Below are positions 12,901 to 26,000 of a DNA stretch of 64,000 bases, one piece after another (the first letter of the stretch is position 1; the number at the start of each line of letters is the position of its first letter). The DNA lies in assembly GCF_009914755.1 (NCBI RefSeq), contig NC_060931.1, one strand, 5' to 3'. Position numbers and translations under genes: made by a program. The stretch comes from the human T2T-CHM13v2.0 reference genome, Homo sapiens. The notes beneath the pieces are model-generated. The model searched no databases, had not been told where the DNA came from, and saw only the letters and a program-made list of their open reading frames with translations.

Positions 12901-15900
12901 TTTGCACAGAGCAGATTTGAAACACTCTTTTTGTGGAGTTTGCAAGTGGAGATTTCAAGCGATTTGATGCCAACAGTAGAAAAGGAAATATCTTCAAATA
13001 AAAACTAGACAGAATCATTCTCAGAAACTACTTTGTGATGTGTGCCTTCAACTCACAGAGTTTAACCTTTCTTTTCTTAGAGCAGTTTAGAAACACTCTG
13101 CTTGTTATGTCTGCAAGTGGATATTTGGACTTCTTTGAGGCCTTCGTTGCAAACGGGGTTTCTTCCTTTAATGCTAGACTAAGAAGAGTTCTCAGTAACT
13201 TTTTTGTGTTGTGTGTATTCAACTCAAAGAGTTGAACCTTGCTTTAGAGAGAGCAGATTTGAAACACTCTTGCTGTGGCATTTTCAGGTGGAGATTTCAA
13301 GCGATTTGAGGACAATTGCAGAAAAGGAAATATCTTCGTATAATAACCAGACAGAATCATTCTCAGAAAGTGCTTTGTGATGTGTGCGTTCAACTCACAG
13401 AGTTTAACCTTTCTTTTCATAGAGGAGTTTGGAAACACACTGTTTGTAAAGTCTGCAATTGGATATATGGACCTGTTTGAGGCCTTCGTTGGAAACGGGA
13501 TTTCTTCATTGAATGCTAGACGGAAGAATTCCAAGTAAATTCTTTGTGTTGTGTGCATTCAACTCACAGAGTGGAACGTCCCTTTAGACAGAGCAGATTT
13601 GAAACACTCTTTTTGCGGAATTTGCAAGTGGAGATTTCTAGCCATTTGATGCCAACAGTAGAAAGGGAAATATCTTCAAATAAAAACCAGACAGAATCAT
13701 TCTCAGAAAATTCTTTGTGATATGTGCGTTCAACTCACATAGTTTAACCTTTCTTTTCATAGAGCAGTTTGGAAACACTCTGTTTGTAAAGTCTGCAAGT
13801 GGATATATGGACCGCATTGAGGCCTTCGTTGGAAACGGGATTTCTTCATTTCATGCTAGACAGAAGAATTCTCAGTAACTTCTTTGTGCTGTGTGTATTC
13901 AACTCACAGTGGAACGTCCCTTTACACAGAGCAGATTTGAAACACTCTTTTTGTGGAGTTTGCAAGTGGAGATTTCAAGCGATTTGATGCCAACAGTAGA
14001 AAAGGAAATATCTTCAAATAAAAACTAGACAGAATCATTCTCAGAAACTACTTTGTGATGTGTGCCTTCAACTCACAGAGTTTAACCTTTCTTTTCTTAG
14101 AGCAGTTTAGAAACACTCTGCTTGTTATGTCTGCAAGTGGATATTTGGACCTCTTTGAGGCCTTCGTTGCAAACGGGGTTTCTTCCTTTCATGCTAGACT
14201 AAGAAGAGTTCTCAGTAACTTTTTTGTGTTGTGTGTATTCAACTCACAGAGTTGAACCTTGCTTTAGAGAGAGCAGATTTGAAACACTCTTGCTGTGGCA
14301 TTTTCAGGTGGAGATTTCAAGCGATTTGAGGACAATTGCAGAAAAGGAAATTTCTTCGTATAATAACCAGACAGAATCATTCTCAGAAAGTGCTTTGTGA
14401 TGTGTGCGTTCAACTCACAGAGTTTAACCTTTCTTTTCATAGAGGAGTTTGGAAACACACTGTTTGTAAAGTCTGCAATTGGATATATGGACCTGTTTGA
14501 GGCCTTCGTTGGAAACGGGATTTCTTCATTGAATGCTAGACGGAAGAATTCCCAATAAATTCTTTGTGTTGTGTGCATTCAACTCACAGAGTGGAACGTC
14601 CCTTTAGACAGAGCAGATTTGAAACACTCTTTTTGCGGAATTTGCAAGTGGAGATTTCTAGCCATTTGATGCCAACAGTAGAAAGGGAAATATCTTCAAA
14701 TAAAAACCAGACAGAATCATTCTCAGAAAATTCTTTGTGATGTGTGCGTTCAACTCACATAGTTTAACCTTTCTTTTCATAGAGCAGTTTGGAAACACTC
14801 TGTTTGTAAAGTCTGCAAGTGGATATATGGACCGCATTGAGGCCTTCGTTGGAAACGGGATTTCTTCATTTCATGCTAGACAGAAGAATTCTCAGTAACT
14901 TCTTTGTGCTGTGTGTATTCAACTCACAGAGTGGAACGTCCCTTTGCACAGAGCAGATTTGAAACACTCTTTTTGTGGAGTTTGCAAGTGGAGATTTCAA
15001 GCGATTTGATGCCAACAGTAGAAAAGGAAATATCTTCAAATAAAAACTAGACAGAATCATTCTCAGAAACTACTTTGTGATGTGTGCTTTCAACTCACAG
15101 AGTTTAACCTTTCTTTTCTTAGAGCAGTTTAGAAACACTCTGCTTGTTATTTCTGCAAGTGGATATTTGGACCTCTTTGAGGCCTTCGTTGCAAACGGGG
15201 TTTCTTCCTTTCATGCTAGACTAAGAAGAGTTCTCAGTAACTTTTTTGTGTTGTGTGTATTCAACTCACAGAGTTGAACCTTGCTTTAGAGAGAGCAGAT
15301 TTGAAACACTCTTGCTGTGGCATTTTCAGGTGGAGATTTCAAGCGATTTGAGGACAATTGCAGAAAAGGAAATATCTTCGTATAATAACCAGACAGAATC
15401 ATTCTCAGAAAGTGCTTTGTGATGTGTGCGTTCAACTCACAGAGTTTAACCTTTCTTTTCATAGAGGAGTTTGGAAACACACTGTTTGTAAAGTCTGCAA
15501 TTGGATATATGGACCTGTTTGAGGCCTTCGTTTGAAACGGGATTTCTTCATTGAATGCTAGACGGAAGAATTCTCAGTAAATTCTTTGTGTTGTGTGCAT
15601 TCAACTCACAGAGTGGAACGTCCCTTTAGACAGAGCAGATTTGAAACACTCTTTTTGCGGAATTTGCAAGTGGAGATTTCTAGCCATTTGATGTCAACAG
15701 TAGAAAGGGAAATATCTTCAAATAAAAACCAGACAGAATCATTCTCAGAAAATTCTTTGTGATGTGTGCGTTCAACTCACATAGTTTAACCTTTCTTTTC
15801 ATAGAGCAGTTTGGAAACACTCTGTTTGTAAAGTCTGCAAGTGGATATATGGACCGCATTGAGGCCTTCGTTGGAAACGGGATTTCTTCATTTCATGCTA

Positions 15901-18900
15901 GACAGAAGAATTCTCAGTAACTTCTTTGTGCTGTGTGTATTCAACTCACAGAGTGGAACGTCCCTTTACACAGAGCAGATTTGAAACACTCTTTTTGTGG
16001 AGTTTGCAAGTGGAGATTTCAAGCGATTTGATGCCAACAGTAGAAAAGGAAATATCTTCAAATAAAAACTAGACAGAATCATTCTCAGAAACTACTTTGT
16101 GATGTGTGCCTTTAACTCACAGAGTTTAACCTTTCTTTTCTTAGAGCAGTTTAGAAACACTCTGCTTGTTATGTCTGCAAGTGGATATTTGGACCTCTTT
16201 GAGGCCTTCGTTGCAAACGGGGTTTCTTCCTTTCATGCTAGACTAAGAAGAGTTCTCAGTAACTTTTTTGTGTTGTGTGTATTCAACTCACAGAGTTGAA
16301 CCTTGCTTTAGAGAGAGCAGATTTGAAACACTCTTGCTGTGGCATTTTCAGGTGGAGATTTCAAGCGATTTGAGGACAATTGCAGAAAAGGAAATATCTT
16401 CGTATAATAACCAGACAGAATCATTCTCAGAAAGTGCTTTGTGATGTGTGCGTTCAACTCACAGAGTTTAACCTTTCTTTTCATAGAGGAGTTTGGAAAC
16501 ACACTGTTTGTAAAGTCTGCAATTGGATATATGGACCTGTTTGAGGCCTCCGTTGGAAACGGGATTTCTTCATTGAATGCTAGACGGAAGAATTCTCAGT
16601 AAATTCTTTGTGTTGTGTGCATTCAACTCAGAGAGTGGAACGTCCCTTTAGACAGAGCAGATTTGAAACACTCTTTTTGCGGAATTTGCAAGTGGAGATT
16701 TCTAGCCATTTGATGCCAACAGTAGAAAGGGAAATATCTTCAAATAAAAACCAGACAGAATCATTCTCAGAAAATTCTTTGTGATGTGTGCGTTCAACTC
16801 ACATAGTTTAACCTTTCTTTTCATAGAGCAGTTTGGAAACACTCTGTTTGTAAAGTCTGCAAGTGGATATATGGACCGCATTGAGGCCTTCGTTGGAACC
16901 GGGATTTCTTCATTTCATGCTAGACAGAAGAATTCTCAGTAACTTCTTTGTGCTGTGTGTATTCAACTCACAGAGTGGAACGTCCCTTTGCACAGAGCAG
17001 ATTTGAAACACTCTTTTTGTGGAGTTTGCAAGTGGAGATTTCAAGCGATTTGATGCCAACAGTAGAAAAGGAAATATCTTCAAATAAAAACTAGACAGAA
17101 TCATTCTCAGGAACTACTTTGTGATGTGTGCCTTCAACTCACAGAGTTTAACCTTTCTTTTCTTAGAGCAGTTTAGAAACACTCTGCTTGTTATGTCTTC
17201 AAGTGGATATTTGGACCTCTTTGAGGCCTTCGTTGCAAACGGGGTTTCTTCCTTTAATGCTAGACTAAGAAGAGTTCTCAGTAACTTTTTTGTGTTGTGT
17301 GTATTCAACTCACAGAGTTGAACCTTGCTTTAGAGAGAGCAGATTTGAAACACTCTTGCTGTGGAATTTTCAGGTGGAGATTTCAAGCGATTTGAGGACA
17401 ATTGCAGAAAAGGAAATATCTTCGTATAATAACCAGACAGAATCATTCTCAGAAAGTGCTTTGTGATGTGTGCGTTCAACTCACAGAGTTTAACCTTTCT
17501 TTTCATAGAGGAGCTTGGAAACACACTGTTTGTAAAGTCTGCAATTGGATATATGGACCTGTTTGAGGCCTCCGTTGGAAACGGGATTTCTTCATTGAAT
17601 GCTAGACGGAAGAATTCTCAGTAAATTCTTTGTGTTGTGTGCATTGAACTCACGGAGTGGAACGTCCCTTTAGACAGAGCAGATTTGAAACACTCTTTTT
17701 GCGGAATTTGCAAGTGGAGATTTCTAGCCATTTGATGCCAACAGTAGAAAGGGACATATCTTCAAATAAAAACCAGACAGAATCATTCTCAGAAAATTCT
17801 TTGTGATGTGTGCGTTCAACTCACATAGTTTAACCTTTCTTTTCATAGAGCAGTTTGGAAACACTCTGTTTGTAAAGTCTGCAAGTGGATATATGGACCG
17901 CATTGAGGCCTTCGTTGGAAACGGGATTTCTTCATTTCATGCTAGACAGAAGAATTCTCAGTAACTTCTTTGTGCTGTGTGTATTCAACTCACAGAGTCG
18001 AACGTCCCTTTGCACAGAGCAGATTTGAAACACTCTTTTTGTGGAGTTTGCAAGTGGAGATTTCAAGCGATTTGATGCCAACAGTAGAAAAGGAAATATC
18101 TTCAAATAAAAACTAGACAGAATCATTCTCAGAAACTACTTTGTGATGTGTGCCTTCATCTCACAGAGTTTAACCTTTCTTTTCTTAGAGCAGTTTAGAA
18201 ACACTCTGCTTGTTATGTCTGCAAGTGGATATTTGGACCTCTTTGAGGCCTTCGTTGCAAACGGGGTTTCTTCCTTTAATGCTAGACTAAGAAGAGTTCT
18301 CAGTAACTTTTTTGTGTTGTGTGTATTCAACTCACAGAGTTGAACCTTGCTTTAGAGAGAGCAGATTTGAAACACTCTTGCTGTGGCATTTTCAGGTGGA
18401 GATTTCAAGCGATTTGAGGACAATTGCAGAAAAGGAAATATCTTCGTATAATAACCAGACAGAATCATTCTCAGAAAGTGCTTTGTGATGTGTGCGTTCA
18501 ACTCACAGAGTTTAACCTTTCTTTTCATAGAGGAGTTTGGAAACACACTGTTTGTAAAGTCTGCAATTGGATATATGGACCTGTTTGAGGCCTTCGTTGG
18601 AAACGGGATTTCTTCATTGAATGCTAGACGGAAGAATTCTCAGTAAATTCTTTGTGTTGTGTGCATTCAACTCACAGAGTGGAACGTCCCTTTAGACAGA
18701 GCAGATTTGAAACACTCTTTTTGCGGAATTTGCAAGTGGAGATTTCTAGCCATTTGATGCCAACAGTAGAAAGGGAAATATCTTCAAATAAAAACCAGAC
18801 AGAATCATTCTCAGAAAATTCTTTGTGATGTGTGCGTTCAACTCACATAGTTTAACCTTTCTTTTCATAGAGCAGTTTGGAAACACTCTGTTTGTAAAGT

Positions 18901-20056
18901 CTGCAAGTGGATATATGGACCGCATTGAGGCCTTCGTTGGAAACGGGATTTCTTCATTTCATGCTAGACAGAAGAATTCTCAGTAACTTCTTTGTGCTGT
19001 GTGTATTCAACTCACAGAGTGGAACGTCCCTTTGCACAGAGCAGATTTGAAACACTCTTTTTGTGGAGTTTGCAAGTGGAGATTTCAAGCGATTTGATGC
19101 CAACAGTAGAAAAGGAAATATCTTCAAATAAAAACTAGACAGAATCATTCTCAGAAACTACTTTGTGATGTGTGCCTTCAACTCACAGAGTTTAACCTTT
19201 CTTTTCTTAGAGCAGTTTAGAAACACTCTGCTTGTTATGTCTGCAAGTGGATATTTGGACTTCTTTGAGGCCTTCGTTGCAAACGGGGTTTCTTCCTTTA
19301 ATGCTAGACTAAGAAGAGTTCTCAGTAACTTTTTTGTGTTGTGTGTATTCAACTCAAAGAGTTGAACCTTGCTTTAGAGAGAGCAGATTTGAAACACTCT
19401 TGCTGTGGCATTTTCAGGTGGAGATTTCAAGCGATTTGAGGACAATTGCAGAAAAGGAAATATCTTCGTATAATAACCAGACAGAATCATTCTCAGAAAG
19501 TGCTTTGTGATGTGTGCGTTCAACTCACAGAGTTTAACCTTTCTTTTCATAGAGGAGTTTGGAAACACACTGTTTGTAAAGTCTGCAATTGGATATATGG
19601 ACCTGTTTGAGGCCTTCGTTGGAAACGGGATTTCTTCATTGAATGCTAGACGGAAGAATTCTCAGTAAATTCTTTGTGTTGTGTGCATTCAACTCACAGA
19701 GTGGAACGTCCCTTTAGACAGAGCAGATTTGAAACACTCTTTTTGCGGAATTTGCAAGTGGAGATTTCTAGCCATTTGATGCCAACAGTAGAAAGGGAAA
19801 TATCTTCAAATAAAAACCAGACAGAATCATTCTCAGAAAATTCTTTGTGATATGTGCGTTCAACTCACATAGTTTAACCTTTCTTTTCATAGAGCAGTTT
19901 GGAAACACTCTGTTTGTAAAGTCTGCAAGTGGATATATGGACCGCATTGAGGCCTTCGTTGGAAACGGGATTTCTTCATTTCATGCTAGACAGAAGAATT
20001 CTCAGTAACTTCTTTGTGCTGTGTGTATTCAACTCACAGAGTGGAACGTCCCTTTA

Positions 20057-23000
20057 CACAGAGCAGATTTGAAACACTCTTTTTGTGGAGTTTGCAAGTG
20101 GAGATTTCAAGCGATTTGATGCCAACAGTAGAAAATGAAATATCTTCAAATAAAAACTAGACAGAATCATTCTCAGAAACTACTTTGTGATGTGTGCCTT
20201 CAACTCACAGAGTTTAACCTTTCTTTTCTTAGAGCAGTTTAGAAACACTCTGCTTGTTATGTCTGCAAGTGGATATTTGGACCTCTTTGAGGCCTTCGTT
20301 GCAAACGGGGTTTCTTCCTTTAATGCTAGACTAAGAAGAGTTCTCAGTAACTTTTTTGTGTTGTGTGTATTCAACTCACAGAGTTGAACCTTGCTTTAGA
20401 GAGAGCAGATTTGAAACACTCTCGCTGTGGAATTTTCAGGTGGAGATTTCAAGCGATTTGAGGACAATTGCAGAAAAGGAAATATCTTCGTATAATAACC
20501 AGACAGAATCATTCTCAGAAAGTGCTTTGTGATGTGTGCGTTCAACTCACAGAGTTTAACCATTCTTTTCATAGAGGAGCTTGGAAACACACTGTTTGTA
20601 AAGTCTGCAATTGGATATATGGACCTGTTTGAGGCCTCCGTTGGAAACGGGATTTCTTCATTGAATGCTAGACGGAAGAATTCTCAGTAAATTCTTTGTG
20701 TTGTGTGCATTGAACTCACAGAGTGGAACGTCCCTTTAGACAGAGCAGATTTGAAACACTCTTTTTGCGGAATTTCCAAGTGGAGATTTCTAGCCATTTG
20801 ATGTCAACAGTAGAAAGGGAAATATCTTCAAATAAAAACCAGACAGAATCATTCTCAGAAAATTCTTTGTGATGTGTGCGTTCAACTCACATAGTTTAAC
20901 CTTTCTTTTCATAGAGCAGTTTGGAAACACTCTGTTTGTAAAGTCTGCAAGTGGATATATGGACCGCATTGAGGCCTTCGTTGGAAACGGGATTTCTTCA
21001 TTTCATGCTAGACAGAAGAATTCTCAGTAACTTCTTTGTGCTGTGTGTATTCAACTCACAGAGTGGAACGTCCCTTTGCACAGAGCAGATTTGAAACACT
21101 CTTTTTGTGGAGTTTGCAAGTGGAGATTTCAAGCGATTTGATGCCAACAGTAGAAAAGGAAATATCTTCAAATAAAAACTAGACAGAATCATTCTCAGAA
21201 ACTACTTTGTGATGTGTGCCTTTAACTCACAGAGTTTAACCTTTCTTTTCTTAGAGCAGTTTAGAAACACTCTGCTTGTTATGTCTGCAAGTGGATATTT
21301 GGACCTCTTTGAGGCCTTCGTTGCAAACGGGGTTTCTTCCTTTCATGCTAGACTAAGAAGAGTTCTCAGTAACTTTTTTGTGTTGTGTGTATTCAACTCA
21401 CAGAGTTGAACCTTGCTTTAGAGAGAGCAGATTTGAAACACTCTTGCTGTGGCATTTTCAGGTGGAGATTTCAAGCGATTTGAGGACAATTGCAGAAAAG
21501 GAAATATCTTCGTATAATAACCAGACAGAATCATTCTCAGAAAGTGCTTTGTGATGTGTGCGTTCAACTCACAGAGTTTAACCTTTCTTTTCATAGAGGA
21601 GTTTGGAAACACACTGTTTGTAAAGTCTGCAATTGGATATATGGACCTGTTTGAGGCCTCCGTTGGAAACGGGATTTCTTCATTGAATGCTAGACGGAAG
21701 AATTCTCAGTAAATTCTTTGTGTTGTGTGCATTCAACTCAGAGAGTGGAACGTCCCTTTAGACAGAGCAGATTTGAAACACTCTTTTTGCGGAATTTGCA
21801 AGTGGAGATTTCTAGCCATTTGATGCCAACAGTAGAAAGGGAAATATCTTCAAATAAAAACCAGACAGAATCATTCTCAGAAAATTCTTTGTGATGTGTG
21901 CGTTCAACTCACATAGTTTAACCTTTCTTTTCATAGAGCAGTTTGGAAACACTCTGTTTGTAAAGTCTGCAAGTGGATATATGGACCGCATTGAGGCCTT
22001 CGTTGGAACCGGGATTTCTTCATTTCATGCTAGACAGAAGAATTCTCAGTAACTTCTTTGTGCTGTGTGTATTCAACTCACAGAGTGGAACGTCCCTTTG
22101 CACAGAGCAGATTTGAAACACTCTTTTTGTGGAGTTTGCAAGTGGAGATTTCAAGCGATTTGATGCCAACAGTAGAAAAGGAAATATCTTCAAATAAAAA
22201 CTAGACAGAATCATTCTCAGGAACTACTTTGTGATGTGTGCCTTCAACTCACAGAGTTTAACCTTTCTTTTCTTAGAGCAGTTTAGAAACACTCTGCTTG
22301 TTATGTCTTCAAGTGGATATTTGGACCTCTTTGAGGCCTTCGTTGCAAACGGGGTTTCTTCCTTTAATGCTAGACTAAGAAGAGTTCTCAGTAACTTTTT
22401 TGTGTTGTGTGTATTCAACTCACAGAGTTGAACCTTGCTTTAGAGAGAGCAGATTTGAAACACTCTTGCTGTGGAATTTTCAGGTGGAGATTTCAAGCGA
22501 TTTGAGGACAATTGCAGAAAAGGAAATATCTTCGTATAATAACCAGACAGAATCATTCTCAGAAAGTGCTTTGTGATGTGTGCGTTCAACTCACAGAGTT
22601 TAACCTTTCTTTTCATAGAGGAGCTTGGAAACACACTGTTTGTAAAGTCTGCAAGTGGATACATGGACCTGTTTGAGGCCTTCGTTGGAAACGGGATTTC
22701 TTCATTGAATGCTAGACGGAAGAATTCTCAGTAAATTCTTTGTGTTGTGTGCATTCAACTCACAGAGTGGAACGTCCCTTTAGACAGAGCAGATTTGAAA
22801 CACTCTTTTTGCGGAATTTGCAAGTGGAGATTTCTAGCCATTTGATGCCAACAGTAGAAAGGGAAATATCTTCAAATAAAAACCAGACAGAATCATTCTC
22901 AGAAAATTCTTTGTGATGTGTGCGTTCAACTCACATAGTTTAACCTTTCTTTTCATAGAGCAGTTTGGAAACACTCTGTTTGTAAAGTCTGCAAGTGGAT

Positions 23001-26000
23001 ATATGGACCGCATTGAGGCCTTCGTTGGAAACGGGATTTCTTCATTTCATGCTAGACAGAAGAATTCTCAGTAACTTCTTTGTGCTGTGTGTATTCAACT
23101 CACAGAGTGGAACGTCCCTTTGCACAGAGCAGATTTGAAACACTCTTTTTGTGGAGTTTGCAAGTGGAGATTTCAAGCGATTTGATGCCAACAGTAGAAA
23201 AGGAAATATCTTCAAATAAAAACTAGACAGAATCATTCTCAGAAACTACTTTGTGATGTGTGCCTTCAACTCACAGAGTTTAACCTTTCTTTTCTTAGAG
23301 CAGTTTAGAAACACTCTGCTTGTTATGTCTGCAAGTGGATATTTGGACCTCTTTGAGGCCTTCGTTGCAAAAGGGGTTTCTTCCTTTAATGCTAGACTAA
23401 GAAGAGTTCTCAGTAACTTTTTTGTGTTGTGTGTATTCAACTCACAGAGTTGAACCTTGCTTTAGAGAGAGCAGATTTGAAACACTCTTGCTGTGGCATT
23501 TTCAGGTGGAGATTTCAAGCGATTTGAGGACAATTGCAGAAAAGGAAATATCTTCGTATAATAACCAGACAGAATCATTCTCAGAAAGTGCTTTGTGATG
23601 TGTGCGTTCAACTCACAGAGTTTAACCTTTCTTTTCATAGAGGAGTTTGGAAACACACTGTTTGTAAAGTCTGCAATTGGATATATGGACCTGTTTGAGG
23701 CCTTCGTTGGAAACGGGATTTCTTCATTGAATGCTAGACGGAAGAATTCTCAGTAAATTCTTTGTGTTGTGTGCATTCAACTCACAGAGTGGAACGTCCC
23801 TTTAGACAGAGCAGATTTGAAACACTCTTTTTGCGGAATTTGCAAGTGGAGATTTCTAGCCATTTGATGCCAACAGTAGAAAGGGAAATATCTTCAAATA
23901 AAAACCAGACAGAATCATTCTCAGAAAATTCTTTGTGATGTGTGCGTTCAACTCACATAGTTTAACCTTTCTTTTCATAGAGCAGTTTGGAAACACTCTG
24001 TTTGTAAAGTCTGCAAGTGGATATATGGACCGCATTGAGGCCTTCGTTGGAACCGGGATTTCTTCATTTCATGCTAGACAGAAGAATTCTCAGTAACTTC
24101 TTTGTGCTGTGTGTATTCAACTCACAGAGTGGAACGTCCCTTTGCACAGAGCAGATTTGAAACACTCTTTTTGTGGAGTTTGCAAGTGGAGATTTCAAGC
24201 GATTTGATGCCAACAGTAGAAAATGAAATATCTTCAAATAAAAACTAGACAGAATCATTCTCAGAAACTACTTTGTGATGTGTGCCTTCAACTCACAGAG
24301 TTTAACCTTTCTTTTCTTAGAGCAGTTTAGAAACACTCTGCTTGTTATGTCTGCAAGTGGATATTTGGACCTCTTTGAGGCCTTCGTTGCAAACGGGGTT
24401 TCTTCCTTTAATGCTAGACTAAGAAGAGTTCTCAGTAACTTTTTTGTGTTGTGTGTATTCAACTCACAGAGTTGAACCTTGCTTTAGAGAGAGCAGATTT
24501 GAAACACTCTCGCTGTGGAATTTTCAGGTGGAGATTTCAAGCGATTTGAGGACAATTGCAGAAAAGGAAATATCTTCGTATAATAACCAGACAGAATCAT
24601 TCTCAGAAAGTGCTTTGTGATGTGTGCGTTCAACTCACAGAGTTTAACCATTCTTTTCATAGAGGAGCTTGGAAACACACTGTTTGTAAAGTCTGCAATT
24701 GGATATATGGACCTGTTTGAGGCCTCCGTTGGAAACGGGATTTCTTCATTGAATGCTAGACGGAAGAATTCTCAGTAAATTCTTTGTGTTGTGTGCATTG
24801 AACTCACAGAGTGGAACGTCCCTTTAGACAGAGCAGATTTGAAACACTCTTTTTGCGGAATTTCCAAGTGGAGATTTCTAGCCATTTGATGTCAACAGTA
24901 GAAAGGGAAATATCTTCAAATAAAAACCAGACAGAATCATTCTCAGAAAATTCTTTGTGATGTGTGCGTTCAACTCACATAGTTTAACCTTTCTTTTCAT
25001 AGAGCAGTTTGGAAACACTCTGTTTGTAAAGTCTGCAAGTGGATATATGGACCGCATTGAGGCCTTCGTTGGAAACGGGATTTCTTCATTTCATGCTAGA
25101 CAGAAGAATTCTCAGTAACTTCTTTGTGCTGTGTGTATTCAACTCACAGAGTGGAACGTCCCTTTGCACAGAGCAGATTTGAAACACTCTTTTTGTGGAG
25201 TTTGCAAGTGGAGATTTCAAGCGATTTGATGCCAACAGTAGAAAAGGAAATATCTTCAAATAAAAACTAGACAGAATCATTCTCAGAAACTACTTTGTGA
25301 TGTGTGCCTTTAACTCACAGAGTTTAACCTTTCTTTTCTTAGAGCAGTTTAGAAACACTCTGCTTGTTATGTCTGCAAGTGGATATTTGGACCTCTTTGA
25401 GGCCTTCGTTGCAAACGGGGTTTCTTCCTTTCATGCTAGACTAAGAAGAGTTCTCAGTAACTTTTTTGTGTTGTGTGTATTCAACTCACAGAGTTGAACC
25501 TTGCTTTAGAGAGAGCAGATTTGAAACACTCTTGCTGTGGCATTTTCAGGTGGAGATTTCAAGCGATTTGAGGACAATTGCAGAAAAGGAAATATCTTCG
25601 TATAATAACCAGACAGAATCATTCTCAGAAAGTGCTTTGTGATGTGTGCGTTCAACTCACAGAGTTTAACCTTTCTTTTCATAGAGGAGTTTGGAAACAC
25701 ACTGTTTGTAAAGTCTGCAATTGGATATATGGACCTGTTTGAGGCCTCCGTTGGAAACGGGATTTCTTCATTGAATGCTAGACGGAAGAATTCTCAGTAA
25801 ATTCTTTGTGTTGTGTGCATTCAACTCAGAGAGTGGAACGTCCCTTTAGACAGAGCAGATTTGAAACACTCTTTTTGCGGAATTTGCAAGTGGAGATTTC
25901 TAGCCATTTGATGCCAACAGTAGAAAGGGAAATATCTTCAAATAAAAACCAGACAGAATCATTCTCAGAAAATTCTTTGTGATGTGTGCGTTCAACTCAC

